From NCBI GenBank assembly GCA_964016885.1, contig OZ024740.1:197222001-197286000 (forward strand): a stretch of 64,000 nt of DNA. Direction: 5' to 3'. Positions 1-11,509 of this stretch are shown one piece after another (position 1 is the first letter of the stretch; the number at the start of each line of letters is the position of its first letter). The position numbers were made by a program, and so were the translations under genes. The notes under the pieces were generated by a model that saw nothing but the letters and a program-made list of their open reading frames with translations, was not told the origin of the DNA and searched no databases. The DNA is from Eledone cirrhosa (Eukaryota).

Positions 1-110
1 GGATTGCAACAGGGGCTAAGACACTCTACATAAGAGAACCCATGCAAACATGAAAAAAACAGATGTAATGAAGATGATGTCAGTAACTTTCTGGGGTTAC
101 AGATATTACT

Positions 111-2402
111 TCTGTGGCTGGAGCAGACCTATTGGCAGGAGGAGAGTAACTTGGTGGTGGAACAGTAAGGTGGAAGAGACAATCAAGGCCAAAAGCAGGC
201 TTGGAAAGTATGGGGAAGTAGAGAGCACTATCAAGTTGCCAGGAGAGAAGCTAGGAGACAAGTGTACCTTGCAAAAAGGGTAGCAGAGGATAGAAAGTTC
301 AAGCATGTTCTGCAACGTGAGGTGTTCAGGATTGTTAGACAATGTGTCAAGGAAAACCATGATATTGTCGGGGAGAAGTGTGTCCGTAATGATAATGGTG
401 TACTTGCGCTCACTGATACTGATGAGAAGATAGCCTGGAAGTGTCACTACGAGAGACTATTAAATGAGGAGAATAAATGGGAAAAAGATAGTCTGCCCCA
501 AATCGATCCAATAGAAGGACCAGCGGTGCAAGTTAAAGGTAGTATAATAAGTAAGGCAATCAAAGATATGAAGACAGGCAAGGCAGCTGGGCCTTCGGAG
601 ATAGTTGCTGAGATGTTGAAAGCATCTGGTATGGTGGGACACACTATGGTCACCCGTATAGTTAACCAAGTAATTCAGAATGGGGTCATACCGAAAGACT
701 GGCGTAGCAGCATCATCATTAACTGCTACAAGGGTAAAGGGGATGCTCTAGATAGGGGAAACTATAGAGGCCTTAAGTTAGTTGACCAGGTCATGAAGGT
801 CACAGAAAGAGTTCTAGCGCAACTAATCGGAGAGCGAATTGATCTAGATGAAATGCAGTTTGGGTTTGTGTCAGGTAAAAGTAGCACAGATGCTCTTTTC
901 CTTGAATGACAACTACAAGAAAAGTACCTAGCTAAAAGTAAGCCCCTCTACTTAGTTTTTGTAGACCTGGAAAAAGCTTTTGACAGAGTCCCCCACTCCA
1001 TTATCTGGTGGGCTCTTAGAAAATTAGGTGTAGATGAATGGCTTGTGAGAGCTATACAAGCTATGTATAATGGAACAGTCAGTAAGGTTAGAATTAACAA
1101 TGAATATTGTGAAGAATTTAGTGTAAAAGTTGGCGTTCATCAAGGCTCTGTCCTTAGCCCCCCTCTTATTTATTATTGCCCTTCAGGCTATAACAGAGGA
1201 GTTCAAGACTGGCTGCCCATGGGAACTCCTATACGCAGGTGATCTAACGCTCATAGCTGAATCAATGGCTGAACTAGAGAAGAAATTCGAAACATGGAAG
1301 CATGGCCTAGAATCAAAAGGCCTTAAACTTAACTTGTCTAAGACTAAAGTTCTAGTTTTTAGAAAGGAAAATAGGGCACAGGTGCCCTCAGGGAAATGGC
1401 CATGCTCAGTGTGTAGGAAAGGAGTAGGCAGAAATTCCATTTTATGTCCCAAATGCAAAGTATGGGTACATAAAAGATGTAGTGGGATCACAGGTAAACT
1501 ATCTAAGAACGTAGACTTTATATGTGGCCAATGCTCAGGTGCAATAAGTAGCAAGTGTCCAAAGGATACTAGCTCCTTCCCACAAAAGTTTCTCTCTAAA
1601 AATGAAAGGCAGATTGTATGATGCCTGTATACGAACAGCAATGCTACATGGCAGTGAGACATGTGCATTACGTGCAGAGGACCTGCGTAGACTGGAAAGG
1701 AACGAAGCATGCATGCTCCGTTTGATGTGTAATAGTAATATACGTGAACGGCAAAGCATAAATGAACTAAGTGAGAAATTAGGAATAAGAGGGATCTGAT
1801 GCTGTTTACTCGAGAGAAGACTACGTTGGTATGGCCACGTGATGCGCATGAAAGACGACAGCTGCATAAAAAAGTGCAGGGCGATCAAAATTGATGGTAG
1901 TTACGGAGTAGGTAGACCCAGAAAAACCTGGGATCTGATAAATTCCGACCTTACACACTTACATCTCTCTAAGACAATGTCTCTGGACCGACATCTTTGG
2001 CGCTACGCAGTAATAAAGAAGACCCGCCTTGCCTATGTACAAAGCAAAATCTAAAGTCAGTAGGCACCTCTTAACCAAATCTACACCCTAATCCACTACC
2101 CCTACCCTATCCTCCCACTAACAGCACGAGAAAATGAGATCGAGATTGTGTAGGTGTCACGACAAAAAAAAACCACACAGTCCACGCTGTAATGTGGCTG
2201 TGTATGTAACACGGTAAAAAGTTCCCAGTTCCACACTGTAAATGTGGTTGGTGTTAGGAAGGGCATCCAGCCGTAGAAAACCTGCCAGATAGTCCTATAT
2301 GAGCGAGACACGGTCACCCGACCAGCCTTGCCTCAAGTGGGACAACTCCCGTCTAACCCATGCTAGCGTGGAAAATGGACGTTAAACGAAGATGATGATG
2401 AT
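111..2402 (+). mobile_element. RTE-clade LINE family A, 5'-truncated degenerate copy
   Basis: ORF pieces 262-909, 1045-1242, 1130-1621, 1602-1799 and 1839-2054 align to the 5023-8292 RT protein. There are frameshifts and an internal deletion near 1580. The 3' UTR ends in ggacgttaaacgaa(gat)n. Confidence 0.95.
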
Positions 2403-3732
2403 TGACAGTGCAAAAAAATAATCTTCAACAAGATAAAAATTAACAGTTAGTATACAGCCTCAAGTGTTCTCACTTTCAATCTCATATCATACAGACCTGG
2501 GTCTGAAAATAAGGCTGCTGACTCTCTCTCAAGATGTGCTGTAATTTCTCTTAACTCACAGAACACATTGCTACCTCTACATAAAAGACTGTGCCATCCA
2601 GGTGTGACCAGGATGACTCATTTCTATTGATCTAAAAATTTATCTTTCTCAATACGAGAAATTAAGGGGACCATTTCCCACAGTCAAGTCTGCCAAGAAC
2701 TGAAACCTTGTTTCCATAATTCAGTTCCTTCTAAGTTGATCACTGCAACACGTCCATGGGAAAGTTTATCAATGGATTTCATTGGCTCTCTTCCATTTTA
2801 CACAAGTGAGAAATATTAGTTATAGTGGACAAATTTTCTAGATACCCGTTTGCATATCCATGTTTTGATATGTCCTCAGAGTCAGTCATTTAAAAAGTAA
2901 AAGACTTGTTTTGTCTTTTTTGGGGTTCCTTAGCTATACATTCAGACTGAGGAGCACAGTTTGAAAGTGAATCTCTCAGACGATTTCTTTTGTTGAATAA
3001 TATTGTTAAGACTCACACAACACCATATCGACTGCAAGGAAATGGTCAGTGTGAAAGTATTAATGGGGTGCTCCTAAAATCATTAAATCTTGCACTCATG
3101 AGTAAACAGTTAGATAAATACCACTGGAAAAGCATGGTACCTTTGGCCTTATCTTGTATAGGAGGACTTCTCTGCACATCAACAAATCAAACACCTCATG
3201 AACAAATTTTTATCTTTCCCAGACAGTCCTCTTTTGAACAGACGTTACCTGAATATCTGCTCCTAAAGAACATGGAAATCTTTAACAGAATTTATGTATG
3301 AAATAAAATGTATCCTCTGACTGAAAGAGCAACTCTATTGGAAACTATCACCATATGTGGTGTCAGTAAAACAGCAGGGGAACAGTGGATATCGCTCCTC
3401 TAACAACAGATTGTCAAATACAAATAATAGAAGAGAATATTCTAGACAGGTTTGGCGACCAGCAACATGAAGACCACTCCATCAATAACCCAAGGTCTCT
3501 GAAGATGTTATTTAAGAAAATGACGCATCTCTTACTACCAAACTGCCAGATGACATCAATCCACAAATGTCACAGTAAGAAATTAGTCCAGAAACAAACA
3601 AATTTAAATCAATTCAAGACTCATAGCTTAACAGTCAAATTCGCACTCATTCTGGTTGAATTATTATTAAACATCCTAAAAGATTTGTGATTAGCATATT
3701 ATATGTACAACCTTCTTGGAATGAGGGGGAAA
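2403..3732 (+). mobile_element. Gypsy LTR-retrotransposon pol relic (RNase H end and integrase)
   Basis: Translations give SYRPGSENKAADSLSR (RNase H end), LHKRLCHPGVTRM (integrase HHCC), RPWESLSMDFIG, IVDKFSRYPFAYPC and TTPYRLQGNGQCESING (rve core). A purine-rich tract gaatgagggggaaa lies at about 3719-3732. Confidence 0.88.
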
Positions 3733-3914
3733 TGTTATGCAATTCATTTCAATCAGCCAATCAGCTGCCACCAAGTTAGTTGGTGCAGACTACATAGTTA
3801 CCTGTGAATCTAGCAACACAAATTGCAAGTGTCCACAATTTTGTATTGTCAGTGAAGATTAGAATAAAGCCTTATAACTTCTTAATACTGTGAATTGGTT
3901 GTGCTCACACATCA
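3733..3914 (+). mobile_element. Putative 3' LTR of the Gypsy relic
   Basis: Starts TGTT immediately after the PPT, contains AATAAA at about 3863 and ends at a CA near 3911-3914. The right boundary is uncertain. Confidence 0.5.
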
Positions 3915-4094
3915 CCAAAATGGCAGCAATGTACAGACAACTGGTTGGTTGGAATCTGAGGACTTTGAGGACAAGAGACATTTGTCATCAACTGACTGGA
4001 CGATTGCTCTTATCTGCGGTCTCCCCAGTGTCAAACAAACCGCAGAACTTGAAGCAATCCAATGATGCTACACCGCAAAGATTGCCTCAATGAA

Positions 4095-4350
4095 GGAGAT
4101 GAGCTACTGGGAGAGGCTGAAAGAACTAAGGCTCTATTTCCTGGAACAAAGATAGGACAGATATACAGTGATTTACATATAGAAGATCCTGGAAGGATTA
4201 GCACCAAACTTAGCATTGAGAGTTGGATCAAGATTCAAACAGGATGCCACTATGTAGTGCCAAAGGTCCTATCCTTTATAGCTAGAGTGAAGATCAGATA
4301 TTGTAAAAGTCTGTGTTTCAAAGGCCCCCACCTCTTTCATAAGCTGCCAA
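4095..4350 (+). mobile_element. Degenerate C-terminal fragment of a CR1/L2-like LINE
   Basis: ORF 4062-4436 contains SLCFKGPHLFHKLPK, resembling the SFxxxGxxLFNxLP end of CR1-group ORF2. Weak match. Confidence 0.35.
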
Positions 4351-4529
4351 AAATTGTCTGGTATCCTAAGATCACCTTTCTTGGGAATAGGTGCTATCAC
4401 GGAAATACCCCCATTCTTCTGGTTGGTTTCTGTTAATGGTTTCATTACGAAAGTGCAGTAAGAGTTTTTTATATACATATCCATACACACAGACACATAT
4501 ATACATACATACATATATATATATATATA

Positions 4530-7500
4530 AATTCATCCATATATATCTACAATCATTGTTTTCCTATCATTCCGTCCCACTGTTCTAAATAATCTTCTCC
4601 ACGCTTGTTCTAAATAATCTTCACTTTGCTACCATTTTGGCCGAAAAATTTTCCAGGATTCATAAAAATAGATTCTCTCGCCCCTCAAAATCGCTATTAC
4701 TCCCACTCTCTCTAACATATACGTCCCTCTCGCTCTCTCACTCCCTAATATAAATAAGAATGTTACGAAGGACAAAACCTCAGAATTTGTCAACTCTTAT
4801 TAAATGGTCAGTTGATTCTACGAAAATGTAATGTATAATATAACATTTTCTTCTTGTCTCCTAAACCTGGTTCATTCATCCATATATATCTACAATCGTT
4901 ATTTTCCTATCATTCCGTCCCACTGTTCTAAATAATCTTCTCTTTGCTAACTACCCCATACCCCTCCCCCCCGACCCTACTCTCCACCTTTACTATTTGG
5001 ACCAATCACAAGTCAACGGCCTATGCTATCACTTTTGGTTGCTTTTCGATATGATGGATGGACTAAGGAATTTCTGGAGTCTGAAGAATCTGGACACTCA
5101 ATGACAATGCCAAAGATAACGACAAATTCACCTCATGCTGCCGGACGAAAGGGCAAGGCCCCCCCCTCTTTGTTTCGGCCGCGGATGGCCAACATAACCC
5201 CAAACTCATCCCCCTCACCCCTCCCTGCGCCCCATCCTCCAAACACAATCCCAAACTTCAGAGTTGGTACCATGAACGTAGGCACCTTAAAAGGCCGCTC
5301 TAAGGAGGTTGTAGAATTGCTTGAACGTAAGGAGGTTGATGTTTGCTGTATCCAAGAGACCAGGTGGAGGGGCGGGTCTGCTAGATTCATTGTGAGTAAA
5401 AATCGTTGCTATAAGCTTTTCTGGGTGGGAAATGACAATGGGATAGGTGGGGTAGGAATCATGTTAGCAGAAAAATGGGTGGATAAGATAATAGATGTAA
5501 ATAGAGTGAATGACAGAATAATTAAAATAAGACTTGTTCTAAACAGAACTACTGTGACAGTAATATCTGCATACGCGGCCCAATCCGGACTGCCTGGCGC
5601 TATAAAAGACAGATTCTATGAGACACTGATGCTCACTACCTCCCAAATAACCGACAGTGACTATATAATTGTTGCTGGCGACTTAAATGGCCACGTTGGA
5701 CAACATTGTGACGGCTATGACGGAATCCACGGAGGCTATGGGTTTGGTACTAGAAACGAGGAAGGCTCCAGAATCCTGGAATTCTGTGATGCAAATAACC
5801 TAACTATCTGTAACACTAACTTCAAAAAACGAGACAATCACTTGATCACCTACAGATCATGGGAACATACCAGCCAGGTAGATTATATCCTTACCAGAAG
5901 ACGTGACAGAGTGTCTGTTGTAAACACTAAATCCCTCCCCCATGAAGAATGCACCTCCCAACATAGACTGATAATTAGCGACCTCATAGTCAGGACGAGA
6001 CGTACTAGACAGCAGAAGAGGACTATCCTCAGGAGAAAAATATGGAAGCTAAAGGATCCCACAGCCAGAAATAAATTTCAAAGCATATTACTTGATGCTT
6101 TCGACAGTAAGGAAGAGCAATTAGAGTCGTACAATGTAGAGGAACAGTGGGAATTCCTGAAAGCAAACCTGCTGATGGCGGCAGACGAAGTCTGTGGCTG
6201 GAGCAGGCCTGTAGGCAGGAGGAGAGTAACATGGTGGTGGAACAGTAAGGTGGAGGGGTCAATCAAGGCCAAAAAGCAGGCTTGGAAAGCATGGCGGGAT
6301 GGGGGAAGTAGAGAAGACTATCAAGTGGCCAGGAGGGAAGCTGAGAGACAAGTGTACTTGGCAAGAAGGGAAGCAGAGGAAAGAAAGTTCAAGCATGTTC
6401 TACAACGCGAGGACCAAAAACGTGAGGTGTTCAGGATTGCTAGGCAATGTGTCAAGGAAAACCGTGATATTGTCGGGGAGAAGTGTGTACTTAACGATGA
6501 TGGCATACTTGCCATCACTGACGCTGATAAGAAGGTAGCTTGGAAGTGTCACTACGAAAAGCTACTAAATGAGGAGAATAAATGGGAGAAAGACAGTCTC
6601 CCCCACATCGACCCAATAGAGGGACCAGCAGTGTTAGTCGAAGGTAGTATAATAAGTAAGGCAATCAAAGATATGAAGACGGGTAAGGCGGCTGGGCCTT
6701 CGAAAATAGTTGCTGAGACGCTGAAAGCCTCTGGAACGGTGGGACACACCATGGTCACCCGGATAGTAAACCAAGTCATACAGAATGGGGTTGTTCCGAA
6801 GGACTGGCGTAGCAGCATCATCGTTAACTGTTACAAGGGTAAAGAAGACGCCCTAGATAGGAGTAACTATAGAGGCATTAAATTAATCGACCAGGTCATG
6901 AAGATCACGGAAAAAGTAATAGCGCAACTAATCAGAGAGAGAATTGATCTAGATGAAATGCAGTTCGGGTTTGTGTCAGGCAAAAGTACCACAGGCGCTC
7001 TTTTCATTGTACGACAACTACAGGAGAAGTACCTAGCTAAAAGTAAACCCCTATACTTAGCTTTTGTCGACCTGGAGAAAGCCTTCGACAGAGTCCCCCG
7101 TTCCATTATCTGGTGGGCTCTTAGAAAACTAGGTGTTGTCGAATGGCTTGTGAGAGCTATACAAGCCATGTATAAAGAAACAGTCAGCAAGGTTAGAATT
7201 AACAACGAATATAGCGAAGAGTTTAGCGTAAAAGTTGGTGTCCATCAGGGCTCTGTTCTTAGCCCCCTACTATTTATTATTGCCCTTCAGGCTATAACAG
7301 AGGAGTTCAAGACCGGCTGCCCATGGGAACTCCTATACGCAGATGATCTAACGCTCATAGCTGAATCAATGGCCGAGCTAGATAAGAAATTCCAAACATG
7401 GAAGCACGGCCTAGAATCAAAAGGCCTTAAAATTAACCTGGCTAAGACTAAAGTTCTAGTTTGAAGGAAAGAAAATAAGGTGCCGGTCCCTTCCGGGAAA

Positions 7501-8681
7501 TGGCCATGCTCAGTGTGTAGGAAAGGCGTAGGTAGAAACTCCATTTTATGTCCCAAATGCAAAGTATGGGTGCATAAAAGATGTAGTGGGATCACAGGTA
7601 AGCTAACTAAGAACATAGATTTTACATGTGGCCGGTGCTCTGGTGAAATAAGTAGCAGCAAGTGCCCACACAATACTAGCTCTTTCAATTGCGCAGGGGG
7701 TTCTATAGAAATAGTGGACAGCTTCCGTTACCTGGGTGACAAAATCAGCAGTGGGGGAGGGTGCTCTGAAAGTACAGTAGCTAGAGTCAGAACTGGATGG
7801 AAAAAGTTCAGAGAGCTTATACCACTATTAGCCGCTAAAGGGTTCTCCCTAAAAATGAAAGGCAGGTTGTATGATGCCTGCATACGAACAGCAATGTTGC
7901 ATGGCAGTGAGACCTGGGCATTGTGTGCAGAGGATATACGCAGACTAGAGAGGAATGAAGCTTGCATGCTCCGCTGGATGTGTAATAGTAATATACGTGA
8001 ACGGCAAAGCATAAACGAACTAAGGAAAAAATTAGAAATAAGAGGGATCAGATGTTGTTTACTCGAGAGAAGGCTACGTTGGTATGGTCACGTGATGCGC
8101 ATGAAAGACGACAGCTGTATAACAAAGTGCAGGGCAATAAAGATAGACGGTAGCCACGGAATAGGCAGACCCAGAAAAACCTGGGACGAGCTGATAAATT
8201 CCGACCTCACACACTTACACCTCTCCAAGACAATGTCACTGGACCGAGACCTTTGGCAGTACTCAGTAATAGAGAAGACCCGCCTTACCTAAATACAAAG
8301 TAAATCCTACTACAGTCAGTAGGCATCTCTAACAAAATACACCCCCGTCCCACCCACCCCACCCCATCCACACCGCCCCTTTCAATGTAAAGTTATGTTG
8401 GTGCCACAACATCCAGGCCGAAACAAATGAGATCGTGTAGGTGTCACGACAAAAAAACACAAAGTCCACGCTGTAATGTGGCCGTGTAGGCAACACGGTA
8501 AAAACCTCCCAGCCCCACACTGTAAATGTGGTTGGTGTTAGGAAGGGCATCCAGCTGTAGAAAACCCGCCAGACAGTCCTATGCGAGCAATGACAACCAC
8601 TCTTGCCTCAAGTGGGAAAACTCCCGTCCAAACCCATGCAAGCGTGGAACATGGACGTTAAACGATGATGATGATGATGAT
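4530..8681 (+). mobile_element. Near full-length RTE-clade LINE (family A)
   Basis: Probable 5' UTR after a (TA)n run, a single long APE-RT frame, a 3' UTR of about 390 bp and a (GAT)n tail at about 8663-8681. Confidence 0.95.
5023..8292 (+). pseudogene. RTE ORF: APE endonuclease + reverse transcriptase with PHD-like insert; one in-frame TGA at 7462-7464
   Basis: APE motifs GTMNVGTL, CIQETRW, GDLNGHVG, VDYIL and SQHRLI; RT motifs AFVDLEKAFD, GVHQGSVLSPLLF, YADD and FRYLG. ORFs 5023-7464 and 7480-8292 are in the same frame. Copies at 16716-18280 and 63137-64000 have TGT (Cys) at the stop position. Confidence 0.95.
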
Positions 8682-8699
8682 TTAGATAGAAAGATGATG

Positions 8700-9113
8700 A
8701 AACAAAGGTTTCTCACTACGTACAAAAGGACGGCTGTATGATGCCTGTGTGCAAAGTGTGATACTGCCTGGTAGTGAAACATGGGCTGTGACTGCAGAGG
8801 ACATGCATAGGCTGAAGCAATCATGCTTCGTTGAATATGCAATGTAAATGTGAGAGAAAAACAGGAAGAAACTGGGTTTAAGAGGAATCCAATGTGGTGT
8901 GCAGGAGAGAAGAATACATTGGTACAGGCATGTTATGCACATGGATGATGATCACTGGGTGAAGAAGTGCCAGGAAATACCACTGGATGTAATCCGCAGT
9001 AGATATAGACCAAGAAAGACCCGGGCAAATCGCTGAGACTCACAGAGATGATGCTGAAAAGGACTTGTCTAACCCATGCGAGCGTGGAAAAATGGACGTA
9101 AAAATGATGATGA
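8700..9113 (+). mobile_element. Older RTE 3' fragment
   Basis: Degenerate GRLYDACVQSVILPGSETWAV coding, followed by the aacccatgcgagcgtggaaaaatggacgtaaaatgatgatg tail. Confidence 0.8.
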
Positions 9114-9139
9114 TACATATATATATAGGTGGTTGTGTA

Positions 9140-9336
9140 GGAGTCACCACAAAAAGCACCCAGCACACACTGTAAATGTGGTTGGCGTTAGGAAGGGTGT
9201 CCAACAGTAGAAACCCAGCCAGAAACAAACAGTTCTATGAGCAGGATACGGTCACCTGACCCATCTTACCTCTAATGGGACAACCTGTCTAACCCATGCT
9301 AGCATGGAAAATGGATGTTAAACGATGATGATGATG

Positions 9337-9338
<2 letters not shown>
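9140..9338 (+). mobile_element. Short RTE-tail element (SINE 3' part or truncated LINE)
   Basis: cactgtaaatgtggttggcgttaggaagggtgtcc...aacccatgctagcatggaaaatggatgttaaac(gat)n. Similar pieces lie at about 21640-21750, 23868-24031, 35045-35090(-), 36897-36952, 42780-42930, 53700-53865 and 61770-61935. Confidence 0.8.
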
Positions 9339-9373
<35 letters not shown>

Positions 9374-9469
9374 GTAGGAAGCTCAGACAGAAAATATCTA
9401 CAATTACAGACAGCTTATAAAAATCGATAAAAACTCTTGGAGGCGGAAAAATATTGTCAGCAGCCGCTA

Positions 9470-9590
9470 CAAATAATCAAACACTGTATCTCCCAGATAC
9501 CAACTAGGTGCGCTAACCATTGAGCTAATGGGCCTCTGACAATATCTTACTGTCTAAATAAGGCGCTGAATCAAACAGCTTTCGTGGGAA
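9470..9590 (-). mobile_element. tRNA-derived repeat head (SINE-like)
   Basis: The reverse complement reads ggcccattagctcaatggttagcgcacctagttggtatctgggagatacagtgtttgat, with A-box and B-box-like motifs. A related copy lies at about 24138-24245(-). Too degenerate to be a tRNA. Confidence 0.55.
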
Positions 9591-10208
9591 GCTCGAATTT
9601 TTTAATTATTAAGAGCCAAGGAATTAAATATATAAGATGACGTAGGAAGCTCAGACACAGTTTCTCTCTTCTAAGGATCCTTCATGTGATTGAAGAAGCA
9701 TTATATCTCTGACCCTCTTACTATCAATTACCCCTGTACATCTATTACATACAAAATCTTTCTTTCCTCTTAGCCTGCCTGCTATCCTACTACACCTCTT
9801 GTGGACTCAAGATTTGCACTGTGTACACTGTATAGAGTGTTTGCTTACTCCTTTTTTGCATATCAAACTTTTCTATGAATATAATAATATAATGCTTACA
9901 GAATGAAAATATAGACACAAATAATATATACAATACTTAATGAATATTTCTTACAGAATGAAAATATAAACACATAAATAAAATTATTGCTAGGAACCTT
10001 ATAAATGTTAATACACAAAAATATATGATCAACGCCTGTAGGAAAAAAACCCCAATTCACTACCAAGTGAGTCAATTGGTCACTCACTACAAGGGTCAGC
10101 GGAAATTTTCCTCACTAAAATCCTTTTCTACTCTCACTTTACTAACAGCTCCTCTGTACATGGTTTGCATTGCTCTCACAAGTCATTCTTCTATACCTAA
10201 TTTCTTAA

Positions 10209-10418
10209 CCCTTTAACATTCACATTACTCTATATATACTATTATATTTTCATGGTAAAGGCTTTACCTCGCATAATTATCTCACATAATATCGAATCTA
10301 TGAGATTTTGAAAGTATTTATTTTGAGAACAATACCTTAACATCAGTTTGAGTGACCAGTTACAGCCAGTTTCAACAGAAAAAGGTAGAGAATTCTGACC
10401 GGTTTGAACATTAAAGGA
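10209..10418. mobile_element. piggyBac-type MITE, copy 1
   Basis: TTAA|CCCTTTAACATT...ATTAAAGGA|TTAA. It interrupts a minus-strand RTE relic within the VIWWSLRKLG-type coding, and the body matches 21048-21255. Confidence 0.8.
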
Positions 10419-10597
10419 TTAAGGATCACTAGATGACATAAATGTAATATAAACAGTTAGTGGTCTATAATTTGTCCAGACTACCACAGATGCGATGTTC
10501 GATTCCGTCACATTTTTGTCATATTTCGCGTGTATAAAAAAATCTTTACTATATTAAATTACATTACATTTACACTCGGACAGTTAGAAGTACCCTA

Positions 10598-11021
10598 TGT
10601 GAGACAAGGCTGTGTTGACACGCAGGTGTGAGCCTCGTGAGCTGGAATGGCTCTTCCAATGCGTCTCCTCCCAGGGAAACGCCTTCTCTATTCTGTCCGC
10701 CGGGGCTGCAGGGTGGTCAGCGCGTAGGCCCCCATTTTCTCATAATAGTGAGAGATGGGAAGAGCGGGAGAAGTGGAGGTAGTGACTGAAAGTTTGGTTC
10801 CTTTGTGTTGGACCTGGTGTCTATGTTTCACGGAGACACACACACTGAGGCAATTTATACGAGTCTTTGCAAGCAGTAATGGGTTGTTTCAACTGGTGGT
10901 TAAGTGATTGCTCCCGTTTCCGCCGATCGTCGTGTATAGGAACAACACTGCAGTTTAACCCAATAAAGCATTATTTATATACGCTAAATTTGATGTTAAA
11001 ATCTGTCGAGTCGTCTTAGCA
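10598..11021 (+). mobile_element. Possible solo LTR
   Basis: GC-richer island starting TGTGAGAC and ending GTCTTAGCA, with AATAAA at about 10962. No TSD found. Confidence 0.3.
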
Positions 11022-11509
11022 AATTGTTCTATGAAGTTGGACGGTCTATAACAGATACAAAATTTAATTGCTACAGACAGCTCCTTGAATTTTTGTCATA
11101 TTTCACTTGAACAGAAATGTATCATTTAAGTTTTCCGTGCAAAATCTTAACTGTATAATTTCTTTTTCTTTAAGGGGGACAATTATTGTCAATGATACAC
11201 ACGTTTTATTTCTGACTGCATCATTTAATGAGTCCTGCCTCTTTTTAAAAAACGTGTTTTGATGTTTAGCTGCTATTTCTAGTAGGTTGCGCACGAAGCT
11301 CCTTCGTTGGTGCTTAGAGAATGAAATCATTGTTGGCATAAAGTTTGTGGAAGATATCGCTTGTAACAAAACAATTGAAGACCCTCGCTCTAAAGATACT
11401 TAAGTCCCACGAAAACCAATGTGTATTGTTGTTCTTTCACTTGATAGATCTTACGGCATGGTTCAGTAAGAAATTATTTATCTGCAATGTCTACAGATGC
11501 CTAAATCAG

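Noticed and set aside
1183-1710. Antisense ORFs recurring over RTE copies (also 7287-7688, 17498-17869, 63362-63763)
   Set aside because: These are shadow frames of the conserved sense RT coding, with variable starts and no independent motif.
7462-7464. Programmed readthrough or A-to-I rescue of the RTE TGA
   Set aside because: Sister copies have a sense codon here, so it is a private mutation. The A also follows a G, a context ADAR disfavours.
9470-9545. Functional tRNA gene (also ~24140-24205)
   Set aside because: The T-arm and acceptor stem are degenerate and the two copies disagree in the anticodon arm, so it is treated as a SINE head.
11103-11369. 88-aa ORF as a host exon
   Set aside because: No recognisable motif or supporting splice structure.
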